From: an uncultured Eubacterium sp.
GTDB lineage: Bacteria > Bacillota > Clostridia > Lachnospirales > Lachnospiraceae
DNA: 64,000 bases
NCBI GenBank assembly: GCA_910586225.1
Contig: CAJUIL010000014.1
Coordinates: forward strand, 22,966 to 86,965
Reading direction: 5' to 3'
Below are positions 20,246 through 30,224 of this stretch, piece after piece. The notes beneath the pieces were generated by a model. It was given only the letters and a program-made list of their open reading frames with translations. It was not told the DNA's origin and did no database searches. Each line of letters begins with the position of its first letter. Positions within the stretch are counted from its first letter, which is position 1. Both the position numbers and the translations under genes were made by a program.

Positions 20246-20647
20246 CTATTTTCCTATTATATACATATACGGAGCTAATTGCAAGTAACAGTTCCAGCCT
20301 TTTGCATCCGAAAAAAGACATTTACCATACCCGGCAAATGTCTCATGCTTTTTCAGCTCGTCAACCATCATATGATACTCTTTTACAATATCCTGCAGAT
20401 CATATGCGTACACGGTATGCTCCTCTTCTTTCCGATTTAAAAGCAGCTTAAATTCCTGATAGGAATCGATCCCCAGCTTTTTCATCAAACGAACGATCGT
20501 CGTCCTTGAAACGTGCAGAAAGGACGCTAATTGTGTGCTGTTCATTTCCTTGACCGACTGCTTGTCTCGAAAAACGGTTGTCAGGATCTCCCGGTCATTT
20601 GCCGTCAAAAGATCATACTTATCATTCACAAGTTCTTCTAAGTTCAT
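20246..20647 (-). CDS. RpiR/MurR-family HTH regulator, N-terminal domain only (probably truncated by the IS)
   Basis: HTH_6 (FLHVSRTTIVRLMKKLGIDSYQEFK). No SIS domain. The ORF ends at the IS boundary. Confidence 0.5.
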   Translation of the reverse strand: MNLEELVNDKYDLLTANDREILTTVFRDKQSVKEMNSTQLASFLHVSRTTIVRLMKKLGIDSYQEFKLLLNRKEEEHTVYAYDLQDIVKEYHMMVDELKKHETFAGYGKCLFSDAKGWNCYLQLAPYMYIIGK

Positions 20648-21333
20648 TGCTCGCTCCTGTTACTCTGCGCCGCTGCCGGATCATCGCCTCCATGCTTTAT
20701 CTTCGGAAGGTTCCAGCGGTAATGCGTCGCAAACACTCTTACCAGTATAACGACACACACACCTGCCGCCATAGCCGCCAGATCATCCATGACAGGATCC
20801 AGACAAACGCATACTGCCGCACCTAGGACGGATGCACACGCATAAATATGCTTGGTCAATATATAAGGCTTTTCCTGCGCCATAATATCCCGCAGCAGGC
20901 CGCCGCCAACCCCTGTGATCACGCCGACAAAGATCAGCAAAAAGGTCTGGTCATAGCCGGCATTTTTCGCCGTATTGATACCAGTCACCGTAAATATCCC
21001 AAGCCCGACTGTATCAAAAATAAGCATGATCTTATTATAAGCTGCTGTAATTTTGTCATTTTTTATCGTTCGCTTTACATAAATGATAAAAAACAGCAGC
21101 AGAGAGGTCGTAATTGCCGTTATCGTGTAAACAGGCTTTTGAAACATCAGCGGAGGTATCACGCCCAAGATCAGGTCACGTATCATACCTCCGCCAACCG
21201 ACGTCGTAACGCCCAGCACACCTACTCCAAATAGGTCCATTTCTTTTTGGATCGCAAGCATAGCTCCAGATGAAGCAAACGCGATCGTACCGATGATTTC
21301 CATTACAAATATAAAAATATCCAAATAATTCAT
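20644..21333 (-). CDS. Trimeric intracellular cation channel (UPF0126/Gly-transporter) family membrane protein
   Basis: Two tandem Gly-rich repeats (GGGMIRDLILG / GGGLLRDIMA) with about 7 TM helices. Confidence 0.65.
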   Translation of the reverse strand: MNYLDIFIFVMEIIGTIAFASSGAMLAIQKEMDLFGVGVLGVTTSVGGGMIRDLILGVIPPLMFQKPVYTITAITTSLLLFFIIYVKRTIKNDKITAAYNKIMLIFDTVGLGIFTVTGINTAKNAGYDQTFLLIFVGVITGVGGGLLRDIMAQEKPYILTKHIYACASVLGAAVCVCLDPVMDDLAAMAAGVCVVILVRVFATHYRWNLPKIKHGGDDPAAAQSNRSEQ

Positions 21334-21366
21334 AAAGCCCTGCCTTGATGATCACTCTTATTTTTA

Positions 21367-21936
21367 CTAACACCTTTTTGATACTGCCCGAACACACATA
21401 TGCTCTTTATATTCCTCTCTCTCCCGCCTGTCTTTTCCTAATTCCCTGATCGGATAATCCCACTCGTCAAAAATAACCACAAACTGATTACCGGTTTCGT
21501 AATAGATTTTCGCCAACGATTCTGCTAACGTCTCCTGACCCGTGATCAGCTGCGGATATTCTGCGCGCAGCTCCTTTAGATTATTTTGTTCGATATATTC
21601 GTTCGGGGCTGCGCGTTTTTTATATGCCTCTGTATATTGTGCCTGGATATCCACAAATATCGTATCATATTGATTGAGCGATTCCAAAAACAATGCATCC
21701 TTCACACAGGCAAGTGGTTCAAACAAGCTTTTGGAGTCTGCGCCTTTACTGAAATAGGCAACCAACATATCTGCCGTTACCGACTTTCCAAATCTGCGTG
21801 GTCTGCTGTTGCAGACAAATTTCTCGCTATCATCCAACTCCAGCCGCTTATTGAGAAATGCTGTCTTGTCTACAAAGTATTTGGTTTTTGTAAACCTGGC
21901 AAATTTCTCGTTGCCTTTATTTAAAAATCTTCGCAT
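21367..21936 (-). pseudogene. N-terminal fragment of a predicted AAA-ATPase (PF09820-like, RPRRFGKS)
   Basis: 189 aa, MRRFLNKGNEKFARF...RPRRFGKS, matching the N terminus of the ~500-aa AAA-ATPase_like/PDDEXK_9 family. The remainder of the gene is absent. Confidence 0.4.
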
Positions 21937-22045
21937 TGCAGTCTCCTTTTGAAAACGGTTTTCTTTATTGTAACCGACGATCGAAGAAAAAGCAAAGTTT
22001 TAGAGTAGTCAGTCCGACGAATAGTTTCAGATTTTTCCAAGATAC

Positions 22046-23413
22046 TTAAAAAAAACTGTCAACACACTTCGCAAGCGCAATACCAATCTGCTCACCGCTG
22101 CAATCCTTGTACGCGGTACGATCAATAGAATTGCTAATAAAAACCGGCTCAAGCAAAACAGCTGGCATGGCCGTCTTGCGCATTTCGTTTACACTGCCTG
22201 GTCTTGCACGTTCTACCTTTATAAGCTTTTTCTTATATGCATCTACCTGAACGCCCTTTTCCGACGCTATTTTTTCGATCTTCGCCTCCCTGTGCAAAGA
22301 CAGGCTTTCCATAATCGTATCCAATATCTTACGCGCGTGCTCGGCATTTGTTGTTGCTGCGTTATACAATATTTCCGTTCCATAATACTTTTCAACATCG
22401 ACCAATTTTGCATCCAAGCTGTTCGCATGACAGCTGATAAAATAGTCCGCTCCCCATTCATTCGCTGCTTTAATTCCTGCATTTGCCGCCTGCGCCGCTA
22501 CATTTTTTCCTCCAAACGTCCTGTCCGCAGAACGATAGACATAAATATCATACCCCATTTTATATAACTCTTTTGCCAGCGAAAGCCCGATCTCGTCACT
22601 GACTGTTCTTTCAGGCAGCTCTTTATGATAAGCCCCGGTAAATCCACCTGCTTTTGTAACATCGTGTCCGAGTCGAATAAATATTTTTTTCTTTTTAATA
22701 ATCTCAATATAATAAAATGGCGCTCTTAGATTTTTTAAAAATACACCCCATGCTTTATTGACATCCTCATTTGGCGAAATGCTCTGCGGCTTTGCTTCTG
22801 GTATCACCATAGGCGTATGCCAGTCCGCCGGTAGCTGCTCTCGTTCTGTATAACGCGGAATGCCAGCTTCTTCTGCAAATTCCGCAGGCACGTCGAACGA
22901 TGCTTTTCCATACATAGTGACCAGCTTGCCCACCCACTTTCCACGATTCAGCGTATGATCAGCTTCTACTAGATTCCTCACCTTTTTCGCTCCGGTTGCT
23001 GCCTTTCCAGGATTCGCGGAACAGCTTTCCTTTATCTGTTCTATCCTTACGATCAGATCCATCATATGTCTGTTTTTGATAGAAACCGTTTTTTCTTCTG
23101 TCATAAGAAAGTGAGCGATACTTTTCACATCGCCGATAACAGGGATCGCCATTGCTGAACTTGTTAGTGCTTGTTTTATTTCCGGCCCATTTAAGCACAA
23201 TATATCATTTATAATTTCAGCTACGCTAAAGTTCAATGGCATTCTCGCGGTCTTAGCCAGCGTTTCACTCTGCTTTTGCTGTCGTGTATCTGCGTTACTT
23301 TCACTCGCTGCATTTTCGCCCTTTTTCATTTCCTCTTTGTTTGGATCCTTTTCCTCTGTATTCCCTGATCTTACCGGTATCCTTTGCCGCTTCTTTTGTT
23401 CCACAACGATCAT
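22046..23413 (-). CDS. Cell-wall amidase (MurNAc-L-Ala amidase / SpoIIP-like Amidase_3 domain)
   Basis: The C-terminal ~230 aa match the Amidase_3/SpoIIP fold (GGFTGAYHKELPERTVSDEIGLSLAKEL, HANS). RBS GAAGGGAG before MIVVEQ. Confidence 0.6.
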   Translation of the reverse strand: MIVVEQKKRQRIPVRSGNTEEKDPNKEEMKKGENAASESNADTRQQKQSETLAKTARMPLNFSVAEIINDILCLNGPEIKQALTSSAMAIPVIGDVKSIAHFLMTEEKTVSIKNRHMMDLIVRIEQIKESCSANPGKAATGAKKVRNLVEADHTLNRGKWVGKLVTMYGKASFDVPAEFAEEAGIPRYTEREQLPADWHTPMVIPEAKPQSISPNEDVNKAWGVFLKNLRAPFYYIEIIKKKKIFIRLGHDVTKAGGFTGAYHKELPERTVSDEIGLSLAKELYKMGYDIYVYRSADRTFGGKNVAAQAANAGIKAANEWGADYFISCHANSLDAKLVDVEKYYGTEILYNAATTNAEHARKILDTIMESLSLHREAKIEKIASEKGVQVDAYKKKLIKVERARPGSVNEMRKTAMPAVLLEPVFISNSIDRTAYKDCSGEQIGIALAKCVDSFF

Positions 23414-23539
23414 ACATAGCTCCCTTCTCATCCTATTGTCCGCAATATTCCCGCACATAAAAGCAAATGATATATGTAAGCATACCATATGATCCTAAAA
23501 AAATCTATTTTTTCCGAAACAAATCTGCACCGCAGGCTG

Positions 23540-25190
23540 CTATGCAAGAGGCTTTTCGATGATCTTTTGAATATATCCATTTTCAATCGTAAAGAAAAAC
23601 GGCATTCTAGGTTCTGCATTCTGATAGCTTTCTATGTATTTTTGAAATTCCGCTATATCCATTGTCGTATACTCCTGCGGGCAATCTCCTTTTGTAAAAT
23701 CAATATGCCAGTCCATAAATGTAAAGACTGTGTCTGCATTGCATTTCCATGTTGTTAGCTCCTTGCTTGGATTAAATATATAATATCCATCCGGCATATC
23801 CGCTTCTGTCAGTTCTAATTCTGTTATTCTATCTGTATCAACCGCTTCGATAAATTCTACCGTATCGACTGTAATACTATCAGCTGAAACCTCCTTTATA
23901 AGCGCTGCCACAGTCTCTTCATTTTTTACGCTTTGATTTACCGTCTTTCGTATATCTTTTTCCGGTTGTTCCATGCTGTCCCGCGGATCGAATTGTATCC
24001 ATTTTCCATTCAGATCGACGGCAATGCCAGCACCGTTCCATACAATTTCCGCGCCGATATTTCCAAAGTTGGATTGCAGCTCCTCAGCCGGTTCTTTCGC
24101 TCTGCTGACAACAGATCGGATTGCTCCGATAGGAAGCGTCATAGCTTCTGTTCCCTCAGCCACCATTTCGGAGACATCCTGATTCGTCGTCACAAATAAC
24201 CTGCCGGAAACAAATACCATTTGCTGATTTTTCATTGAAGTTACAAACAACACCATAACGGCCAATACCAATGCCATACTGCTGATCGTTAAGCCGATCG
24301 TCGCTTTCTTCGTTTTCATAATCGACCTTATTCTTTTTTCGATAGCATTTTCGCTAAAGCTGTTGCAAAGCGGGAATAAACCGCTCTGCTTTGCCTCCAT
24401 GTCAATGAGCACTCGTGCGTATTCCGATTTTGACCCTTCGCCGAGCTGCCGCACCACACCTTCATCGCAAGCCAGTTCGATATCAAGATTAAAAAGAATA
24501 TACATAACCCAGACCAAAGGATTAAACCAGTGCATACACAAAGCAGCTGTTACAAACAGCTTTGCAATGGCATCAAAACGATAAATATGCACATACTCAT
24601 GTAAAAAAATATATTGCAGCTGGCTTTCATTGTCCCAGCTTATTTTTTTCGGCATTAAAATGACCGGTCGAAAAATACCATAAGTCAACGGAGCAGAAAT
24701 GCGGTCAGATTGTCTTATTGAAATTGAACGCTTTAAGGGCCATTGCTTTAGCCACTGTCCTGCATATTCATTTTGAACCGGCAGAGAAGTCTGAAATTCT
24801 TTAAAACAACGCCAGTAAGACACGGCGAAAAATGCCGTAAAAAGTATCATTCCAATCAGCCAGACCATATGCCAGACCGACACAGGCAGCGAGGCTTCTG
24901 TCACTAATTGCCCTGTTCTTTGCTCTGTAAGAATCTGTTCTTGCTGTAGCGTAGCAGGCATAAGATTTCCCACTCCTGTTCCAGAAAAAATAGACGTGGA
25001 ACGATCATTACTCATAAGTGTATACACACTGAATATAGATGGAATAGAAAAAGGAATGAGCAGCCTTAATAACACGATCTCCCACAAAATCAGAAATGTC
25101 TTTTTGGGCAGTCGATGAATTGCCGCTACCCGCAGTATTATGATCACGATAATAAGGATTGCTCCTGAAAAACTCATTTGTAATAAACTC
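23540..25190 (-). CDS. BlaR1/MecR1-family M56 peptidase signal transducer with non-PBP C-terminal domain
   Basis: N-terminal 4-TM M56 domain with HEYVHIYRFD (HExxH). About 250-aa C-terminal extracellular domain of unknown type. RBS GAGGTGG. Confidence 0.7.
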
Positions 25191-25321
25191 ATACATACCA
25201 CCTCAACTCTTTCATAAAAACATTCTCGGCCCATACATTACTTTAATTCCAGACAATATCCCTGTCCTTTCACACGAAGCCAACGTCTTTTCTACTTTTT
25301 TATCCATATTTTATGCTCCTT

Positions 25322-25378
25322 CTTGATAAGACTATAGTAGTCCCTTTTGTATAGACTACTACAATCTTATCAAAAAGT
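25322..25378. promoter_or_regulatory. 20-bp near-perfect inverted repeat TTGATAAGACTATAGTAGTC...GACTACTACAATCTTATCAA upstream of the BlaR1-like gene
   Basis: 19 of 20 positions match, separated by 11 bp, about 130 bp upstream of the start. Candidate repressor operator. Confidence 0.5.
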
Positions 25379-25456
25379 CAATAAAAAAAGACTGAAAAAA
25401 GCACTGCATACTCTCTTCTGCAATGCTTTTTCGTATCATTTCAAGTAACAACAACT

Positions 25457-26083
25457 TTAATATTGAAACTCAGTTGTATCAATCACTTCCCATGTTTTAT
25501 CAGAAATCTTAAATGCCAGCTCATCAAGCTTGTCTACCGGCACATAAAGGATACCTGTGATCAGCTCTTCATAAAATTTGGCCACCAGCGGCATTGCAGC
25601 TCCGTCCTCAAACTTTAGGAGCGCTTTGCCAAGTGCAGCTATTATAAATGGCGGATAACCGATCGCTTTGCAGATTTCTTTCATATCTTTGGATTTTATC
25701 GCTTTCATTACTGTATCATGCGCAACAATCCTTGCCTTTTCCCATCCATTATTAAGATTGTCTTGCATAGCCTTCATAAACGTGCTATGTTTGAGTCCGG
25801 CTAAATAAGTTGACCGAAACGTCATATCACTCGGATAACAGATACATGGGATACGTCTACAGATCCCATTCCCCGGCGCTTTTGCAAACTGCTTACGCCA
25901 ATCGTCAAACAACTTATGAAAATCCGTATGCTGCCAGGATTGGATCGGACAGCACGTATAATCAGGCGCAGCGTCATACTCAGCCGCTTTTTCAGGCAGC
26001 ATCGCCACCTGTTTGACTATAAAATTTTGTTTCTGATAAATAATTTTACCATATGGTCTCCAGTCATTCGTCTCAACTCTCAT
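25457..26083 (-). CDS. Hypothetical protein (208 aa)
   Basis: Clean ORF with RBS GGAGGATATAAAATG. No family recognised. Confidence 0.4.
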   Translation of the reverse strand: MRVETNDWRPYGKIIYQKQNFIVKQVAMLPEKAAEYDAAPDYTCCPIQSWQHTDFHKLFDDWRKQFAKAPGNGICRRIPCICYPSDMTFRSTYLAGLKHSTFMKAMQDNLNNGWEKARIVAHDTVMKAIKSKDMKEICKAIGYPPFIIAALGKALLKFEDGAAMPLVAKFYEELITGILYVPVDKLDELAFKISDKTWEVIDTTEFQY

Positions 26084-26118
26084 TTTATATCCTCCGTCGA
26101 TTTAAAATAAACGCACTC

Positions 26119-26150
26119 TTATATTTATCGACAGAAATTGAAAAAAAAGA
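26119..26150. repeat. R1 repeat copy A (TTATATTTATCGACAGAAATTGAAAAAAAAGA); copy B at 27306-27335
   Basis: About 30 bp at roughly 90% identity, in the same orientation, bracketing the TA region. Copy A overlaps the likely promoter of gene 25457..26083. Confidence 0.6.
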
Positions 26151-26422
26151 AACCATCACTTCTGTATTTCCATTCGAACGAGCCAAATATCATTTACAAA
26201 CAGCTCACCTTCAAAAAATACCCGCTGGATGGCAGAAATGGCTGCCAGTGTGAAACACCATGCAGCAACAGCGCTTATGGCAGGACTGTACACACAAGGG
26301 CCTCTGATGATCCAATGCTGGTTACTGACCCGCCGCGCGGGAGTAGTGAGTGGGAAACGGAATACGCCAAAAGGACTTCCGTAGAGCGGTCCAACAAGCG
26401 CGAAAAATTTCCCGCCTGCAAG

Positions 26423-26528
26423 TGTTATAATAATAAGTGCAGATGATGTATGTTGTATCTGGCATGGTTGATATACGCTTTGCATTCTGACAGCGGTGTT
26501 ACGATTACTGCTGCCATTTGATATTTCA
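26423..26528 (+). repeat. R2 element copy A: extended -10 promoter (TGTTATAAT) plus ~90-nt conserved non-coding leader (candidate sRNA); copy B at 27099-27200
   Basis: Both copies start with TGTTATAAT, followed by gtatgttgtatctgg and a conserved hairpin (CAGCAGTG...CACTGTTG in B; a compensated variant in A). Overall about 75% identity. Conservation is not frame-consistent, so it is non-coding. Confidence 0.5.
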
Positions 26529-26530
26529 AT

Positions 26531-26862
26531 TTAACTGTTAATAATTGTACAAACTTTGTCCATGCATTCCGATAGTTTTTCGTCACTCAAATGACCGATT
26601 CGATATAAGATGATTTTTCGGTCTAACGTAAATATTTTGTTTGGACGGATGTTACTGTCCAGATGGAGTGAGCCGGATACGAGATCTGCTTCTGCAAGGG
26701 GTATTCGTATGTGTCGTTGACATTCTTGGACGTGATCTGCAGCATGATATAGTCGTCGCCCGTTATGCCAGAAAGTATGAGGGCGGGGCGCCTTTTTGCA
26801 GAGCTTAGATCCGTGAATGGGAATGGAAGCACGATGACATCGCCTTTTATAAATGTTTCCAT
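26531..26862 (-). pseudogene. PemK/MazF-family type II toxin, frameshifted
   Basis: The N terminus METFIKGDVIVLPFPFTDLSSAKRRPALILS is in one frame (26623..26862). A MazF-like C terminus (...KIFTLDRKIILYRIGHLSDEKLSECMDKVCTIINS) is in another frame (26531..~26640). Confidence 0.6.
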
Positions 26863-27035
26863 GCATCGTCCTCCTCTTTCCGCAGCCAGTCTTTGGCAAG
26901 ACTTGGCTCGCTTAAGAATGCGTTGTTAATATCTGTTTCTTCATGCAGGATGAATTTTACAAAGGCAAGGATGATATCCAGTTTGCTTTCGGGTACATCT
27001 GCGATCAGATGTTCAAGTAATTGTTGTTTTGACAT
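26847..27035 (-). CDS. Type II antitoxin (MazE/PemI-like, ...AWKHL C terminus)
   Basis: 62 aa, overlaps the toxin start by 16 nt. C-terminal SEPSLAKDWLRKEEDDAWKHL is typical of antitoxins paired with PemK/MazF. Confidence 0.55.
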   Translation of the reverse strand: MSKQQLLEHLIADVPESKLDIILAFVKFILHEETDINNAFLSEPSLAKDWLRKEEDDAWKHL

Positions 27036-27370
27036 TTTCTATAATCCTTTCTTTTATTTTTGTATTTAAACTTTTTCTCTCAATTTCCTGCCGGCAGATG
27101 TTATAATACAGATGCAGGCGGTATGTTGTATCTGGTATGATGTAAAGTTTGCAAGGCGGCAACAGTGTTCCTGGCACTGCTGCATTTTCTATTTCTATAT
27201 GAAACATCGGGTAGAAGATACCCCTTACAGAGTATCAGCCCCCACAATACGTTACCGCATATCACCCAAGACTCGCTACGGATGGATAAAAGTTGTAAAG
27301 TCGTGTTATATTTATCGGCAGAAATTAAAAAAAGATAATCTAATATATTGACCCATAAACAGCGCAGCAC

Positions 27371-28069
27371 TTAAAAAATCTGCTTAACTGCATACACCCC
27401 CTGCATTTTTTCAAGATAATAGACAACCTGCGCATTACTGCGATCCTCCGGGAGCCTTAAGGAAATGACCGCGTTGTATACCCCGCCGTCCTTTGGCTCG
27501 TTCAAGATCACATTGCCGACTTTCAGCCCGAACGCCTCCGCAGCAGAACGGATTTCCTGGAGTTTTACCACATCATGGAACTCGACATAGACGCGCATCC
27601 ACATATCATTGTGTGTAAAATGGTCGGAAATACCGCGAAACTTCGTCACAACAATATAAACCGCTCCCGTAGCAAGAATACCGCCCACATAAAACCCAAT
27701 CCCAATCGCAAGGCCGATACACGCGGCAGCCCACAAGCCTGCCGCTGTCGTCAGCCCTCGGATCTTTGTATTGCCTTCAATAATAATGCTGCCCGCTCCC
27801 AAAAACCCGATCCCGCTGACGACCTGGGCGCCCAGCCTGGCCGGATCTCCGGTATGAAACTCCTCATACATATATTCTCCTGTCAGCATCACAAGCGCCG
27901 CGCTCATGCACACCAGCGAATAGGTGCGCATCCCAGCCGAACGGTTTGCCTTGCCCCGTTCGATGCCCAGGATTCCCCCACATAAAATGGAAAGGGAGAG
28001 CCGCAGGATACCGGAAAAAATACGCATATTTTCAGCTTCACTGATCAAATTTAAAAACCACTGTCCCAT
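27371..28069 (-). CDS. mgtC: MgtC/SapB-family membrane protein
   Basis: N-terminal MgtC domain (ILRLSLSILCGGILGIERG) plus a C-terminal ACT-like domain. A G8 tract lies in the RBS region at 28080-28087. Confidence 0.8.
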   Translation of the reverse strand: MGQWFLNLISEAENMRIFSGILRLSLSILCGGILGIERGKANRSAGMRTYSLVCMSAALVMLTGEYMYEEFHTGDPARLGAQVVSGIGFLGAGSIIIEGNTKIRGLTTAAGLWAAACIGLAIGIGFYVGGILATGAVYIVVTKFRGISDHFTHNDMWMRVYVEFHDVVKLQEIRSAAEAFGLKVGNVILNEPKDGGVYNAVISLRLPEDRSNAQVVYYLEKMQGVYAVKQIF

Positions 28070-28101
28070 GCGGACGCCCCCCCCCTTTCCAATCTGAAAG
28101 T

Positions 28102-29394
28102 TTAGTTTCTTGCTACCCGTCTTTCCAGCCGCCTCTGCTTTATTTTCTTGATCTTGTCCATACCGCTGCCCTGTCCGAAATACAAAGCGACGGAAGATAA
28201 GATCATCAAAACGACTGTATAGACAAAACTCATCGCCCTGGCATCCACAGATGCGGATTCATCGGACGCTGCTTTGATCACAACCGACATGACCATCGGG
28301 AAGATTACCGGAAGGATCACCTTGCGCATCGTAGTAAACGCGCCTGCACCCATGCATTTTGCTGCTTCCTCCAAGTCGCCGTCCAGCGAGAAGAACGCCG
28401 CTTTGATCATCCGGCAGGAAAACGGCAGTTTAATCACCGTATAGCCAATCAATAAGATCACGGTCGTTCCTACAAGCACTTTGTTGAAGATCAGCGGATT
28501 TTTATCGCCATAAGCTACAGTAAGTCCTAACGCGATCAATGTGCTCGGCAAAAGCCATGGAATCAGCACGCCGTATTCAAACAATACATTCAGCTTGTTT
28601 TTGGACTTCTGTACAAACCGGACGCAGATCACCGAGACTGCCGCCCTTTTCGATTTTACTGAAAACAGACAGCACCCCGCCGATAATGACCGGAGCCGCC
28701 ATAGCGCCATATCCAGCTCTTGGTAAATACGCTCGCCATCCTTTTCCATCCACGCCATATCAATACGCACAAGGTCGAAAACCGTTTCCTGTCCCGCCTG
28801 CATCTTCGATACCATTCTGCGCAGCTCATCATAAGGCACTTCAATAACCTTGACATCAATGCCGGACTGCTTTTTAAACAGCGGCAGAAGCCTTCGAATC
28901 GCTTTGCTTGTCGCATTTTTGACCGATAACAGGCGCAAGGTTTCTTTTGCCATATGCAGGCTGTCAACATCTTCATCAGACCTTGCAATTACCGCATCAA
29001 ACGAATCTGCCGCATACAGCACGTCAAACGCCCTGTTAAATTTCATAGGATCCGTTGCTGCGAAAACCTCAAAATAGCAGCCTTCACTCTCAAACACTTC
29101 CGATACCGCTTCTATAAACCTTTTGTCATCTGTAAAGCTAACATCCTCGCATAATACCGCGATATTTTTGTTCCCATCCCGCACGCATTTTTCCGCGATC
29201 TCCTTGCCTGCCCTCGCATAGTCAAACGTCGCAAACACAGAATGCTTCGGAAATCCCTTCACATATCTGTCCAGCATCATGATCCGCGTCCCTTCCGGAA
29301 CCGACGCCTTATTTTTCAACAGCGAGCTTACAAGGATCACCGCTGTCGGATTACGGGAAAGCGCCTTGCTTAACAGCCTATATCTGTTACTCAT
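28102..29394 (-). pseudogene. Mosaic ORF: LacI-type ligand-binding half + solute-binding-protein segment + ABC permease C terminus (EAA loop). Probably a degraded transport locus
   Basis: Residues 1-160 resemble the second half of a LacI/PBP-I sensor domain. Residues 170-240 resemble an SBP family-1 N terminus. Residues 270-430 are an ABC permease C-terminal half (LDGDLEEAAKCMGAGAFTTMRKVILP). No single known architecture fits. Confidence 0.35.
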
Positions 29395-29397
29395 TGT

Positions 29398-30213
29398 CTA
29401 AAATTTTCCACCCCCTCCTCCATGTGTTGCGCCGGAAGATGATCTGTGTGTGGAAGAACCGCCCGTACGTTCCTTATCCTTCGGTCTTTCTCTGCGTTCC
29501 ATATGCCGATATAAAAACATATCTTTTTCTTTCGTCAGCCTCATACTGTTCTCTGCAACATAACTGCCTGCCGCCGACTGACTGTACACAGACTTTAGCC
29601 TGCTTCTCATCGTTTCTGCCACTATGAGCGAAATCAAAAAACCTGCACCAAAAGCAATCATAAAATATTTAAAAAACGCAAACGGTTTTTTTGGAAGATG
29701 CCCGTTATCATATACCTTTCCCGCTCGTGCCTGCGTCAGATAATCATCACACAGCCGGGCAAATACCGTAAACGCTGCCGCATATTCCCCCTTCTTTAGA
29801 TCACTTAGAAACTGTTCTGACATATACTTAAGGCCTGCGTCTGTTACTGCTGTGATCCCAAATCCGCTCGTTGTTATATACCAATCTCGTTCTTCCATAC
29901 TGATCAAAAAAAGTATCCCGTCTTTGTCATCACCAAAACCGTAACCTTTCTGATCGTAGAGATCGTCGGCGTATTCCACCGCAGATTTTCCTTGCAACGA
30001 TTTTCTTGTGGCTACTACAATATCCGCCTGCTGCCTTTTACTGATCTCGTCGAGCAGCTCCAACAGCTGGGCTTCCTCGGCGTCTGTAAGCAGATCCGCC
30101 TGATCCGTAAGCCTTGGCCCTGCGTCCTTAGCAGCAAATACCGGACATAGGAAAGCAACCGACAGTAATAGAGCCAAACATACGATATACCATCTCTTTT
30201 GTATCCTTTGCAT
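29398..30213 (-). CDS. TPM-domain (UPF0603/YdjH-like) membrane protein
   Basis: Signal/TM, TPM phosphatase-like domain, a C-terminal TM helix and a Gly-rich tail. RBS AGGAGG. Confidence 0.65.
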   Translation of the reverse strand: MQRIQKRWYIVCLALLLSVAFLCPVFAAKDAGPRLTDQADLLTDAEEAQLLELLDEISKRQQADIVVATRKSLQGKSAVEYADDLYDQKGYGFGDDKDGILFLISMEERDWYITTSGFGITAVTDAGLKYMSEQFLSDLKKGEYAAAFTVFARLCDDYLTQARAGKVYDNGHLPKKPFAFFKYFMIAFGAGFLISLIVAETMRSRLKSVYSQSAAGSYVAENSMRLTKEKDMFLYRHMERRERPKDKERTGGSSTHRSSSGATHGGGGGKF

Positions 30214-30224
30214 CCTCTCTCCTC

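Noticed and set aside
25236-25330. 31-codon ORF (MDKKVEKTLASCERTGILSGIKVMYGPRMFL) upstream of the BlaR1-like gene as a BlaI remnant
   Set aside because: No similarity to BlaI/MecI winged-helix sequences, and it is too short.
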